Positions 10,219 through 20,503 of a DNA stretch of 59,817 nucleotides are shown here, one piece after another. The notes below the pieces were generated by a model that was not told where the DNA came from, did not search any database, and saw nothing but the letters and a program-made list of their open reading frames with translations. The position numbers and the translations under genes are program-made. The stretch spans positions 1 through 59,817 of the IMG/VR virus record IMGVR_UViG_3300012663_000543; one strand, written 5' to 3'. The stretch's first letter is position 1. Each line of letters opens with the position of its first letter. This DNA comes from a virus (taxonomy: Duplodnaviria > Caudoviricetes).

Positions 10219-10884
10219 ATGACAACTTCAGGGACCAGAACCTTTGAGTTAGACGTTGGCGAGCTCATTGAGGAAGCGTATGAGCGGTGTGGACTTGAGG
10301 TCCGCACTGGTTACGACGCACGTACAGCACGTCGGTCCCTGAACCTCATGCTCGCCGAGTGGGCGAACAGGGGCCTGAACCTGTGGACCGTGGCCCAAGC
10401 CACGATCACTGTGACGCAAGGGACGGCGCAATACACTGTCTCTGCCGACCATGCCGACATCTTGGAGATGGTGCTGCGTCGTAGTGGTACGGATTACGAA
10501 GTCGAGCGGATCAGCCGTGGCGACTTCTTCCTCCTGCCAAACAAGACCACGCAGGGTCGCCCCTCTCAGTTCTATTACAACCGCCAGATCAGCCCTGTCA
10601 TCAACCTTTGGCAGGTTCCTGAAAACTCTACCGACCAGATCATCTATTACTACGTGCGCCGTCTGGAAGATGCAGGGTCTCTGACGAACACCACGCAAAT
10701 GCCTTGGCGCTTCTATCCTTGCATGGTGGCGGGCTTGGCCTACTATCTCGCGATGAAACGCGCCCCTGACCGCATGGGAATGCTTAAGGCAATCTACGAG
10801 GAAGAATTCACTCGGGCGGCAGAGGAAGACGAGGACCGCGTTCCTCTAAAACTGCAACCTGACGTCGCCTATTTGAGGTTCTGA
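10219..10884 (+). CDS. Head-tail adaptor protein
   Basis: IEEAYERCG...ARRSLNL...WANRGLNLW; position after head genes. Confidence 0.7.
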   Translation: MTTSGTRTFELDVGELIEEAYERCGLEVRTGYDARTARRSLNLMLAEWANRGLNLWTVAQATITVTQGTAQYTVSADHADILEMVLRRSGTDYEVERISRGDFFLLPNKTTQGRPSQFYYNRQISPVINLWQVPENSTDQIIYYYVRRLEDAGSLTNTTQMPWRFYPCMVAGLAYYLAMKRAPDRMGMLKAIYEEEFTRAAEEDEDRVPLKLQPDVAYLRF

Positions 10885-11186
10885 TGCCATACGCCAGTGG
10901 TAAAAAGGCTTGGGGAATTTCGGACAGATCCGGAGTACGTTACCGCTTGCGCGATATGCGCAAGGAGTGGACGGGACTTTTGGTTGGCGCTGACGAGTAC
11001 GACCCGAAGCACCCGCAACTGTTTCCCCCGAAGGCCTACCCCGACCCACAGGCTCTGCGTAATCCCCGCCCCGACCCAGAAGAGGGCCACGTTTACGTCT
11101 CCGTTGGAAACAACGTCTTCCCGCCCGTTGCCATTATCTACCCGATGGTAGGCAGCGTTGGCTTTGTTACCGTGGTGATATCATGA
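10884..11186 (+). CDS. Conserved hypothetical protein
   Basis: SDRSG...EWTGLLVG...KHPQL; translationally coupled. Confidence 0.7.
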   Translation: MPYASGKKAWGISDRSGVRYRLRDMRKEWTGLLVGADEYDPKHPQLFPPKAYPDPQALRNPRPDPEEGHVYVSVGNNVFPPVAIIYPMVGSVGFVTVVIS

Positions 11187-11833
11187 GCTTTACTTACGCG
11201 CAGCTAAAGCAAGCCATTCAGGACTATACGGAAAACACGGAAACGACCTTCGTGAACAACCTTCCGCTCTTCATCCGCTTGTCGGAGGAGAGGATCTTGA
11301 AGAACGTGCAACTGACGCTGTTCCGTAAAAACGCAACTGCAGGTGCGTCTATCGGAAACCAGTACCTAGCCAGCCCGCCGGATTTTTTGGCTCCGTTTTC
11401 CCTGTCCTACACCGGAGCGGATGGAGATAAAGTCTTTGCTGAGTTCAAGGACGTAACCTTTCTGCAAGAATACACGCCCGACCCAACGACCACGGGCGGT
11501 CCAAAATATTACGCCCAGTTCGACAACTCGAACTTCGTTCTGAGCCCCACACCCAACTATGCCTACAGCATGGAACTGCACTACTTCTACCGCCCGGCGA
11601 GCTTGACCGCTGGTAGCGACAGCGGGACGACGTGGTTGAGCACCAACGCCGAACTGACCTTGCTGTACGGCTCATTGATTGAGGCCTATGTCTTCATGAA
11701 GGGAGACCCCGACCTGATGGCTAAGTACGACCAGCGGTTCCAAGAGTCCTTGATGGGCCTGAAGCAGTTGGGCGAAGCACGTCAGGTCACTGACGAGTAC
11801 CGCACTGGCGTGGTTGTGAGGACGAAGCAGTAA
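11183..11833 (+). CDS. Tail adaptor/tubular protein
   Basis: YAQLKQAIQDYTEN, PKYYA, PTP, TWLS, LLYGSL. Confidence 0.7.
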   Translation: MSFTYAQLKQAIQDYTENTETTFVNNLPLFIRLSEERILKNVQLTLFRKNATAGASIGNQYLASPPDFLAPFSLSYTGADGDKVFAEFKDVTFLQEYTPDPTTTGGPKYYAQFDNSNFVLSPTPNYAYSMELHYFYRPASLTAGSDSGTTWLSTNAELTLLYGSLIEAYVFMKGDPDLMAKYDQRFQESLMGLKQLGEARQVTDEYRTGVVVRTKQ

Positions 11834-12123
11834 TGTTCGAAGCTTCCATAGCCCTGCCCACAGAACTGGTGTCGGTCAGGACGACGAGCAATCGCGGCCT
11901 GTCGGTAGAGGAGCTTGCTGACCGCTGCGCTGAACGGATCGTAAGCGTGTCCAAGGACGCGCATCCGGCCATTCGTGACCAAGCGCTTGCCTTCAGGGCG
12001 CAGATCGTTGTCCTGCTGTCAAAGTACCTCAAAGAAGCGGTTACAAATGACCGCGTTACCGTGTACAATGCGCTGGTAGACGCGGGCCATCCCCAATTGG
12101 CTGACGCCATTCGCAAACTATAG
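11833..12123 (+). CDS. Hypothetical protein
   Basis: Translationally coupled ORF in tail module. Confidence 0.7.
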   Translation: MFEASIALPTELVSVRTTSNRGLSVEELADRCAERIVSVSKDAHPAIRDQALAFRAQIVVLLSKYLKEAVTNDRVTVYNALVDAGHPQLADAIRKL

Positions 12124-12132
12124 GAGGCTCTT

Positions 12133-12576
12133 TTGGCAATCACACAAGCAATGTGCACTTCGTTCAAGGACCAGATCCTTGAAGCGGTCCACGACTTTCG
12201 CACCTCTGGCGGGGATGTCTTCAAACTTGCGCTCTACTCTAGCGCCGCGACGCTAGACGCAACCACCACGGCCTATACCTCGAGCAACGAAGTTGCAAAC
12301 TCGGGCACGTATGCTGCGGGCGGCGGGTCGCTGACCAACATCAGCCCGACCACTACAGGCACGACAGCGTTCACCGACTTTGACGACATCTCCTTCACGT
12401 CGGCCACAATCAACGCCCGAGGCGCTCTGATCTATAACTCGACCCCGACCCACACCTACACCAACCCCTCGGTTGTGGTGCTGGACTTTGGCGGCGATAA
12501 GATTTCGACGTCAGGCACGTTCACCATTCAGTTTCCAACGGCTGACGCCTCCAACGCCATCATCCGCATTTCTTAA
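12133..12576 (+). CDS. Tail structural protein (TTG start)
   Basis: SD GGAGG; AMCTSFK, FKLALY, LDFGGDK. Confidence 0.7.
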   Translation: MAITQAMCTSFKDQILEAVHDFRTSGGDVFKLALYSSAATLDATTTAYTSSNEVANSGTYAAGGGSLTNISPTTTGTTAFTDFDDISFTSATINARGALIYNSTPTHTYTNPSVVVLDFGGDKISTSGTFTIQFPTADASNAIIRIS

Positions 12577-12585
12577 GGAACGACC

Positions 12586-14853
12586 ATGGCTCTTGTAGTA
12601 GCTGATCGTGTCCAAGAAACCACGAGCACCACGAGTACGTCTTCTTACGTGCTTCTGGGCGCTGCGGCGGGCTATCAGTCTTTTGGGGCTGTCTTAGCCA
12701 ACGGCGACACGACCTATTACGCCATCACCAACGATACCGATTGGGAAGTTGGTCTCGGAACCTATTCGACCACGGGCCCCACGCTGGCCCGCACGACCAT
12801 CCTTGCTTCAAGCAACGGCGGCTCCGCCGTAAGCTGGGGCGCGGGCGTCAAGAACATCTTCATCTCCTATGCCGCCTCGAAGTCGGTTTATCTGGACGCC
12901 TCTGGCAACCTGTCCGTTGCCGACAAGATCATCCACACGGGCGACACCGACACCTCCATCCGCTTCCCTGCGGCGGACACTGTGTCTATCGAGACGAACG
13001 GCACTCAGCGCTTCAAGGTCGAGAACGCAGCTATCACGACAACTGTTCCGGTTGTGCTCCCCGCTGATCCGACAACATCCCTGCAAGCAGCGACCAAAAG
13101 CTACGTCGATACCATCGCTTCTGCCAGCATTCACTACCACACCCCTGTTCGTGTAGAATCCCCTATTGCGCTGACGGTGACGTACAACAACGGCACTTCC
13201 GGCGTTGGGGCTACCCTGACCAATGCGGGCGCTCAAGCGGCGCTGGTTCTTGACGGGGTTACGCTAAGTGTGGCCGACCGGGTACTGATCTATACGCAAG
13301 CCGACCAGACCCAGAACGGCGTCTATACCGTAACCAATGTTGGTTCCGTAAGCACAAACTGGGTTATGACCCGCTCTACCGACACGAATACCTATGCCCC
13401 TAGCAGCCCCACCGCGCTAGGCGCGGGCGATGCCTTCTTTGTTTCGCAGGGCGTTACGGGCGCGGGCGAACTCTACGTCTGCAACACCACAGGTACGATC
13501 ACCTTTGGCACGACCAACATCACCTTCGTTCAGGTCGCAGCCACGGCTGTCTACACCGCTGGTACGGGCATCTCCGTAACCAACAACGTCATCACCAACA
13601 CTGCGCCGGACCAGACCGTTGCCCTTACCCAAGGCGGGGCGACGACGATCACGGGAACGTACCCGAACTTCACGATCAGTTCTACCGATACGACCTACAC
13701 CGCTGGCGGTGGTATTGGCCTTGCCGGAACGACCTTCTCCGTGGCCGCAGGAACAGGGCTGACGCAGGATGTGGACGGCCTATCCCATGCCGACACCTCA
13801 TCTCAGGCCAGCGTCGATAACACCGGGGCCACGTTCGTTCAGGACATCAACCTAGATGGGTTTGGGCACGTCACGGGGGCTGCTTCCGTCACGGTAACGC
13901 CGTCGTTGATTGGCGCTCCACAGAACGACGGCACGGGCGCTACGGGCACTTGGGGCATATCCATATCTGGGAACGCCACCAACGTCACGGGAACTGTTGC
14001 TATCGCCAATGGTGGCACTGGGGCGACCACCGCTCCGCAAGCGCTTACGAACTTGGCCGCAGCACCGCTGGCATCACCCGCCTTTACGGGCAACATGTCC
14101 GTCGATACAGACACGCTCTACGTCGATGGAACCAATGACCGCGTTGGTGTTGGTACTAGCTCACCCGCAACCCAGCTTCATGTGTCAGGAAGCGTCAGCC
14201 ATACCGCCCTGTTCACTGCGTCCATTTCTGGCACCACGATGGATGTCACCACTGTGTTTTCAGGCACTTTGGCTGTTGGTGACTTTGTTTTTGGATTGAG
14301 CGTTTCCCCAATCACCAAGATCACCGCGCTGGGGACGGGCACGGGTAATACTGGAACTTATACGGTCAGTGTATCTCAGACTGCGACATCTTCCTCTATG
14401 TTTACGAGTCCCAGCACGGCGGCGAGGATCAGGCTTTCCGATACGGATACCGCGACAACTACCGGTCAACCATCTGGGACAATTGAGTTTTTTGGCTCTG
14501 ATAGCTCCTCCCCCGGAGCGGGTGTCGGTGCTTATGTGGCCGCATTTTCAGAGGGGTTATCTCCAGATACCGCACTAAGCCTCGGCACTCGGAACAACCT
14601 TGGCGGTGGTGTAGATGCCAACGAACGTATGCGTATCGACTCCAATGGCAACGTGGGCATTGGCACGACAACCCCAGCCACCAAGCTTCAAGTTGCGGGT
14701 GTAGCCAACGCAGTATTTTTTGAGAACCCCAAGACGATCACGGCTAACTACACCATCACCACCGATAGCAACGCCATGGCCGCAGGGCCTATAACCATCG
14801 CCTCCGGCGTAACCGTAACCATCCCCAGCGGATCAGTATGGACTGTAGTGTAG
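12586..14853 (+). CDS. Long tail fibre protein
   Basis: Thr/Gly-rich; ADRVQET, AATKSYVD, QNGVY, IANGGTGAT, ERMRIDSNGNVGIGT. Confidence 0.85.
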   Translation: MALVVADRVQETTSTTSTSSYVLLGAAAGYQSFGAVLANGDTTYYAITNDTDWEVGLGTYSTTGPTLARTTILASSNGGSAVSWGAGVKNIFISYAASKSVYLDASGNLSVADKIIHTGDTDTSIRFPAADTVSIETNGTQRFKVENAAITTTVPVVLPADPTTSLQAATKSYVDTIASASIHYHTPVRVESPIALTVTYNNGTSGVGATLTNAGAQAALVLDGVTLSVADRVLIYTQADQTQNGVYTVTNVGSVSTNWVMTRSTDTNTYAPSSPTALGAGDAFFVSQGVTGAGELYVCNTTGTITFGTTNITFVQVAATAVYTAGTGISVTNNVITNTAPDQTVALTQGGATTITGTYPNFTISSTDTTYTAGGGIGLAGTTFSVAAGTGLTQDVDGLSHADTSSQASVDNTGATFVQDINLDGFGHVTGAASVTVTPSLIGAPQNDGTGATGTWGISISGNATNVTGTVAIANGGTGATTAPQALTNLAAAPLASPAFTGNMSVDTDTLYVDGTNDRVGVGTSSPATQLHVSGSVSHTALFTASISGTTMDVTTVFSGTLAVGDFVFGLSVSPITKITALGTGTGNTGTYTVSVSQTATSSSMFTSPSTAARIRLSDTDTATTTGQPSGTIEFFGSDSSSPGAGVGAYVAAFSEGLSPDTALSLGTRNNLGGGVDANERMRIDSNGNVGIGTTTPATKLQVAGVANAVFFENPKTITANYTITTDSNAMAAGPITIASGVTVTIPSGSVWTVV

Positions 14854-14854
14854 T

Positions 14855-15418
14855 ATGTCACGCATCACCCTCGCCCCCAACGCATCCGGCACTGGAACGC
14901 TCACCATAGCGGCTCCTAACACCAACACGGACCGCACGATCACGCTGCCCGATGTGACCACCACGCTGGTTGGCACTGACGCCACGCAGACGCTGACTAA
15001 TAAGACGATTGCATCAAGCCAGCTTACGGGTGCGCTTCCTGCTATTGATGGGTCGGCTTTGACTGGCTTGCCTGTCCCAGCCCAACTTTCAACAGCTTCT
15101 GGGTCTGCTCCATCTTACTCAGCCCGTGCTTGGGTGAACTTCAACGGCACTGGCACTGTGGCCATCCGCGCCTCTGGAAACGTCACAAGCATCACGGACA
15201 ATGGGACGGGCGATTACACTGTTAACTTTACGACAGCAATGTCTGACGCAAACTATGCTGTAACTTGCTCAGCCACAGGTGTTGCAGGAGTTTCAGGAAC
15301 AAACTTGACTGCTGGCCCCGTCCAATCAACACAGGCAGTTGGATCAATAAAAGTTACGGTTAGGAACCCTAGTTCGACAACTGACGCAGATATCGTCTGC
15401 GTAGCCATTTTCCGCTGA
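14855..15418 (+). CDS. Tail fibre/receptor-binding subunit
   Basis: TLVGTDATQTLTNKTI; RAWVNFNG...NVTSITDNGTGDYTVNF. Confidence 0.75.
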   Translation: MSRITLAPNASGTGTLTIAAPNTNTDRTITLPDVTTTLVGTDATQTLTNKTIASSQLTGALPAIDGSALTGLPVPAQLSTASGSAPSYSARAWVNFNGTGTVAIRASGNVTSITDNGTGDYTVNFTTAMSDANYAVTCSATGVAGVSGTNLTAGPVQSTQAVGSIKVTVRNPSSTTDADIVCVAIFR

Positions 15419-15427
15419 GAGGAACCC

Positions 15428-15649
15428 ATGCAAGTCATCATCTTTCCCAACGACAATGGCGGCGTAGCGGTTATCATCCCAGCCCCTGAGTTTGCCGACC
15501 AGATCGAAGCTGTAGCCAACAAAGACGTGCCTGCGGGTAAGTTTTGGCGCATCATGGACGATAGCACTTTGCCCTCGCGTGACAGTCGGGACCGCTGGCT
15601 TTGGACCGAAGAAGGCCCGCTTGACATAGCTCCAAAGGAGGCCAACTAA
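15428..15649 (+). CDS. Putative tail fibre assembly chaperone
   Basis: Small ORF after a fibre gene; KDVPAG...LPSRDSRDRW. Confidence 0.55.
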   Translation: MQVIIFPNDNGGVAVIIPAPEFADQIEAVANKDVPAGKFWRIMDDSTLPSRDSRDRWLWTEEGPLDIAPKEAN

Positions 15650-16464
15650 TGTCCATTACCCTTGACGGCACGAACGGGATTACCGCATCTAATCCTGCAA
15701 CAGTGAAAGCTAATGCTTTTTTAGATGCGGCTGGTGGGAATACTGCTACGATCAATGGGGCTGTTCCCGCACCCCTTGCATCTCCTGCGCTGACAGGTGT
15801 GCCTACTGCGCCAACAGCGACTGTTGGCACGAACACGACCCAGATCGCAACCACTGCTTTTGCATTGGCTAACTCTGGCATTTCTAACGTCAACATCCAA
15901 GTCTTTACCGCAACTGGAACCTACACTCCGACTTCTGGTTACAAATGGGGGATTGCTTTTGTTACTGGTGGTGGCGGTGGAACACGCGGCATTGGCACGA
16001 CTGACGATGCGCGCGGTGGAGCTGGTGGGGGCGGAACAGCAATCGGGCTTTTAAACTTAACAACGCTTGGGTCAGTAACTGCGACTGTGGGTGCTGGTGG
16101 AACGGCAGGGGCGGGCAGTGGCACAACTGGGGCCAACGGCACAAGCGCGGGAGCATCTACGTTATCAACCTTAACAGGCGGCGCGGGGTTTAGCGTGCAA
16201 AGTGCATCTTCTAGTGGAGAACCAGGCGGAACCGCAACTGGAGGGATTTTAAACATTTCTGGCGGCGCGGGTGGATGGAGCGTTATTAATGCAAGCACTC
16301 CTATGTATAGTTATGGCAGCGGCGGTGCATCTTTTTACGGAAGCACTGGAGGCAACAATAGCGCAACTGTTTATGGCGCAGGCGGCGGGGGCCAAGCAAC
16401 CACAGGCACAACTGCTGGAACGTCTGGAATGCAAGGCGTCATTATGATCTTGGAGTTCAAATAA
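15649..16464 (+). CDS. Glycine-rich tail fibre subunit
   Basis: APLASPALTGVPTAPT...TTQIATTAF; VFTATGTYTP; GGGGG domain. Confidence 0.75.
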   Translation: MSITLDGTNGITASNPATVKANAFLDAAGGNTATINGAVPAPLASPALTGVPTAPTATVGTNTTQIATTAFALANSGISNVNIQVFTATGTYTPTSGYKWGIAFVTGGGGGTRGIGTTDDARGGAGGGGTAIGLLNLTTLGSVTATVGAGGTAGAGSGTTGANGTSAGASTLSTLTGGAGFSVQSASSSGEPGGTATGGILNISGGAGGWSVINASTPMYSYGSGGASFYGSTGGNNSATVYGAGGGGQATTGTTAGTSGMQGVIMILEFK

Positions 16465-16790
16465 TGAACATCGTTGAAATCAAAGACGGCATCGTCGCAA
16501 ATATCATTGTTGTCGATCCCAACAACATCCCAGACTTCTGCGCTGATTGGCCTGAAGCCGCCGAAGGTTGCTATATCGGCGGCAGCTATGTGGATGGCGT
16601 GTTCATCCCGTTGCCTGAGCCTGAACCTGAGCCACCAACCCGCGAAGAGCAAGAAGCTAAACGTGCAAAAGCTTATCGCACTGAAGCTGATCCTCTCTTC
16701 TTCATGGCCCAGCGAGGCAAGGCTACACAACAACAATGGCTCGACAAGATCGCTGAAATCGAAGCCCGCTTCCCGTATCCAGAGGTATAA
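16464..16790 (+). CDS. Putative tail fibre assembly chaperone
   Basis: C-terminal AYRTEADPLFF...IEARFPYP. Confidence 0.6.
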   Translation: MNIVEIKDGIVANIIVVDPNNIPDFCADWPEAAEGCYIGGSYVDGVFIPLPEPEPEPPTREEQEAKRAKAYRTEADPLFFMAQRGKATQQQWLDKIAEIEARFPYPEV

Positions 16791-16792
16791 CC

Positions 16793-17698
16793 ATGTCCAC
16801 GATCAAAGCAGACTACCTCGTAAACGCCGCTGGCACAGGTGCGCCTACGCTGACCAATGGGGCCGTGCTTCCTGCGGGTAGCGCCGCCGCACCAGCCATC
16901 TCGCCTACAGGCGACACCAACACGGGTATCTTCTTTCCTGCCGCTGACACCATTGCCTTCTCTGAAGGCGGCGCAGAAGCCATGCGTATCGACGCCTCTG
17001 GCAACGTGGGGATTGGTGGAACATCTGGGGGTGCGAAGCTTGACGTTGTAGCCACTGGAAGCGGCACTGCCGCACAGTTTTCCGGCGGCGGCACATACCA
17101 AGGATTTGCCGTAAAAAACAACCAATCAAGCGCCTCTGTCTATGGAGGAACTTACTTTGATGCCCGCAATGAACTTGACGCTGCTGTTGCTAATTTTTTA
17201 GCGGACATCAACACTGATGGTTCTTCTGCTTGGTCATGGTCAACGCAAGTTGCAGGAACAAGAACTGACCGCCGTGTTGAACGTATGCGTATCGGTTCAT
17301 CGGGCCAAATCGGCATCGGCGGCGCAAACTACGGCACATCTGGTCAAGTTCTCACCTCTGGCGGCTCAGGTGCAGCGCCTTCTTGGGCTGCTGCCGCTGG
17401 TGTGCCAACAACTGTAGGCTCGGTTGGCTCTCTTGCATTTCTGTCATCTCTTTCAAACGTCACCCAAAATACTGACTATGCGGGTTCTGGGCTTTATTGG
17501 GCATCTGCTATTGCTTATTTTTTCGGAAGTCATCGGTGGGAAGATGCCACGACTTTTTCAACAGTAAGCACAGGCCCCTCAAGTCTTGGGTCCCCTTCTG
17601 GAACATGGCGGGCGCTTGGCTCTAGCAGCAGTTATGGCACTGGTGGACCAACGTCAAAAACCATATATGGCGCAACACTCTTTTTGAGGATTTCGTGA
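16793..17698 (+). CDS. Tail fibre subunit
   Basis: GDTNTGIFFPAADTIAF, EAMRIDASGNVGIG, YGTSGQVLTSGG, SGTWRALG. Confidence 0.75.
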   Translation: MSTIKADYLVNAAGTGAPTLTNGAVLPAGSAAAPAISPTGDTNTGIFFPAADTIAFSEGGAEAMRIDASGNVGIGGTSGGAKLDVVATGSGTAAQFSGGGTYQGFAVKNNQSSASVYGGTYFDARNELDAAVANFLADINTDGSSAWSWSTQVAGTRTDRRVERMRIGSSGQIGIGGANYGTSGQVLTSGGSGAAPSWAAAAGVPTTVGSVGSLAFLSSLSNVTQNTDYAGSGLYWASAIAYFFGSHRWEDATTFSTVSTGPSSLGSPSGTWRALGSSSSYGTGGPTSKTIYGATLFLRIS

Positions 17699-18051
17699 TG
17701 GAATATCGCAACGCAAAATACCTCGACGCCATTCGCATTGACTGCGAGATTAATCATCCGACTTATGGCTGGATACCATTTACCTGTGATCCTGCCGATA
17801 TTGGGGCGGCTTTTGATATTGTTGCGCTGTATGATGCAATGAGTGCTGACCCCAGCACAGCACCATATGTTTATGTGCCGCCCGCACCACCCGCACCGCC
17901 CACGTTTGAGCAGCAATCAGACCTTCGTGCCGCAGCCTATGCCAAGGAAGCCGACCCACTGTTCTTCAAGGCACAGCGCGGAGAAGCAACGATGGACGAG
18001 TGGCTTGCCCTAGTCGCAGAGATAAAAATGCGGTATCCTTACCCAACCTGA
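17698..18051 (+). CDS. Putative tail fibre assembly chaperone
   Basis: IDCEINHPTYGWIPFT; C-terminus paralogous to 16464..16790. Confidence 0.6.
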   Translation: MEYRNAKYLDAIRIDCEINHPTYGWIPFTCDPADIGAAFDIVALYDAMSADPSTAPYVYVPPAPPAPPTFEQQSDLRAAAYAKEADPLFFKAQRGEATMDEWLALVAEIKMRYPYPT

Positions 18052-18071
18052 CCCAGTAAAGGAGGGGCGAA

Positions 18072-18896
18072 ATGTTTGGTTTTAGTCCCTTCTCAGCCTC
18101 CCCGTTCTCGGCGGTAGGAAAGGCAAACGACGTTGTCGTAGGTGTTGTTGGCGTATCTGCATCAGGCAGCGTTGGCTCCGTCGTTGCGCCCGCCGCCGCT
18201 ATCCTTACAGGCGTATCAGCCACCGCAGATGTCGGCTCCGTTACCGTTACGGCCTCGGCCCTTGTGCTTGTGTCCGGCCTATCGGCTTCAGCAAGTGTCG
18301 GCTCTGTCACCGTTCAAGCAAACGCTGACGTCGCTGTTTCCGGCCTATCGGCCACTGCTAGTGTCGGCTCTGTCACCACCACGGCCTCGGCCCTCGTCCA
18401 ACCTACGGGTGTTTCCGCCACGGGCGCTGTTGGTTCTGTCACTGTTACGGCCTCGGCCCTTGTGCAGCCCACGGGTGTTTCCGCCACAGGCGCTGTTGGC
18501 ACTGTCGCCGTTGTTGGCTCGGCCCTTGTCCTTCCGACAGGTGTTTCCGCCACAGGCGCAGTTGGCACGGTCACAGTACAGGCCAATGCCGTCGTTGCCG
18601 TATCCGGCGTCTCCGCTTCTGGCTCTGTTGGTTCCGTAACTGTTACTGGCTCCGCTGTCGTCATACCGCTGGGCGTTTCCGCCACGGGCCGCGTGGGCTC
18701 GGTCATCGTTTGGGGCCAGATTGTACCACAGCCCGGAACCGCTTGGGATGCCATCAGCCCCGTGCCACCCACTTCTTGGAGCGCAATCTCCCCCGCTGCA
18801 GGTTCATCGTGGACTGAGGTCGATCCAGATGCTATAAATACGTGGACAGAGGTGGGGCCAACCCCGGCCACCATCTGGACAAACATCGCGGCGTGA
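18072..18896 (+). CDS. Repeat-rich structural protein (~19-aa beta repeats)
   Basis: MFGFSPFSASPFS start; repeated VxPTGVSATGAVGSVTVTA. Confidence 0.75.
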   Translation: MFGFSPFSASPFSAVGKANDVVVGVVGVSASGSVGSVVAPAAAILTGVSATADVGSVTVTASALVLVSGLSASASVGSVTVQANADVAVSGLSATASVGSVTTTASALVQPTGVSATGAVGSVTVTASALVQPTGVSATGAVGTVAVVGSALVLPTGVSATGAVGTVTVQANAVVAVSGVSASGSVGSVTVTGSAVVIPLGVSATGRVGSVIVWGQIVPQPGTAWDAISPVPPTSWSAISPAAGSSWTEVDPDAINTWTEVGPTPATIWTNIAA

Positions 18897-18905
18897 GGAT
18901 GACCA

Positions 18906-19766
18906 ATGCCAAGTACGTACACAAATAACGGTGGCCTAGAACTCCCCGGTGATGGTGAACAGTCGGGCGATTGGGGCGACACCGTCAACACCAACATGCA
19001 GATCCTCGATGCCATAACAAATGGGCAGGTCACTCTGTCCTTGTCCGGCACGTCCTCGACCCTGACTACCTCCAACGCTCCGACCTTATCTGACGGGCAA
19101 AATGCCCTGATCGTCCTTGGCGGAAGCCCAAGCGGGACGCACACGATCACGGTTGCCCCCAACGACGCGGAGAAGATCTACTTTGTGTACAACACCACGG
19201 CCCAGAGCGTGATCTTTACACAAGGTTCTGGTGGCAACGTAACCGTAGCCACAGGCGACAGTGCAATTATCTACGCCAATGGCGGTGGGGCATCTGCGGC
19301 AGTCGCCAACCTGACCGACCACTTTGCTATGAGCAGTGTAAAGATCACGGGCGGCAGCATCTCCGGCGCTTCCGTATCCACATCCTCGGCAACCATAACT
19401 GGCGGCAGCATCACGGGCATTACCGACCTAGCTGTTGCTGATGGCGGAACTGGGGCATCCACTGCCGCACAAGCCCTTATAAACTTTGGCCTTACAGCAA
19501 CCGCGACGGAGCTAAACTACGTAGACGGCGTCACGTCTGCCATCCAAACGCAGATGGATTTGAAGGCTCCTTTGGCGAGCCCGACCCTTACCACTCCAAC
19601 CACGACAGGAACTGTCACCATCAATGGTGGCACACAAAGTTGGACCGTGGTTCCAAGCGGTACAAACCTGACCTTTGCATACAACGGCGTCAACAAGATG
19701 CGGCTTGATAGCAGCGGCAACATTACGGTCACAGGCAACGTCACAGCTTACGGGACGATCACCTAA
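18906..19766 (+). CDS. Tail fibre/baseplate-associated protein
   Basis: GEQSGDWGDTVNTN; GGSITGITDLAVADGGTGAS; GNVTAYG C-terminus. Confidence 0.75.
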   Translation: MPSTYTNNGGLELPGDGEQSGDWGDTVNTNMQILDAITNGQVTLSLSGTSSTLTTSNAPTLSDGQNALIVLGGSPSGTHTITVAPNDAEKIYFVYNTTAQSVIFTQGSGGNVTVATGDSAIIYANGGGASAAVANLTDHFAMSSVKITGGSISGASVSTSSATITGGSITGITDLAVADGGTGASTAAQALINFGLTATATELNYVDGVTSAIQTQMDLKAPLASPTLTTPTTTGTVTINGGTQSWTVVPSGTNLTFAYNGVNKMRLDSSGNITVTGNVTAYGTIT

Positions 19767-20491
19767 TGGCTATCCCAGCGTCAGGACAAGTAACACTTTC
19801 TGACCTGCAAATTGAGTATGGTGGCACAGACCCCATCTCGATAAACGAGTACTATCGCGGTGGTGCATATGTTCCTGTTGGCGCTGGCACAGCCACTATC
19901 CCGGCGAGTGGGGCTATTACCCTTGAGAACTTCAGGGGGACGTCGAAGACAGCAACAGTGACGTATACGCTTCTTGGAGGCGGCGGCGGCGGCGGCTATG
20001 GCGCTGATAATAAAGAACCCGGTCGTGGGTCTTACGCCCCTTCTGGTGGCTCTTCTACCATATCAGCGGCGGGTATTCAGACAATCACCGCCGCTGGCGG
20101 CGCTGGCGGTGAGAACTGTGGCGGTGGTCGCGGTACTAGTGGTACGGCTGGCGCATCGTCCGCATTTGGCACTGGTGGCTACGGCGGGTCATTGAACAGT
20201 TCTGGCGGCTCCGCAAGTGGCTATGGCGCTGCTGGCGGCGGCGGCGGCGGGGATGCTGGTTCCACATATGACGAAGGCGGCGCTTCGGGCTTTGGTGGCT
20301 CCGCCGGAACGTACCTCACTGGAACGGTCCAGATTGTCTACGGCACTACGGTTACCATCGGCCTTGGTGCGGGTGGTACGGGTTCGCCCAGTGGATATAG
20401 TGGCGGAAACGGCTCTCCGGGTCGTTGCCAGATTTCATGGGATGGGAACTCAACCACGTTCACGTCTAACGGCACTGTAGTGATAACCTAA
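19766..20491 (+). CDS. Glycine-rich fibre tip protein
   Basis: IPASGQVTLSDLQIEYGG...ISINEYYRGG; Gly-rich body. Confidence 0.7.
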   Translation: MAIPASGQVTLSDLQIEYGGTDPISINEYYRGGAYVPVGAGTATIPASGAITLENFRGTSKTATVTYTLLGGGGGGGYGADNKEPGRGSYAPSGGSSTISAAGIQTITAAGGAGGENCGGGRGTSGTAGASSAFGTGGYGGSLNSSGGSASGYGAAGGGGGGDAGSTYDEGGASGFGGSAGTYLTGTVQIVYGTTVTIGLGAGGTGSPSGYSGGNGSPGRCQISWDGNSTTFTSNGTVVIT

Positions 20492-20503
20492 GAGGCTTAA
20501 GTC

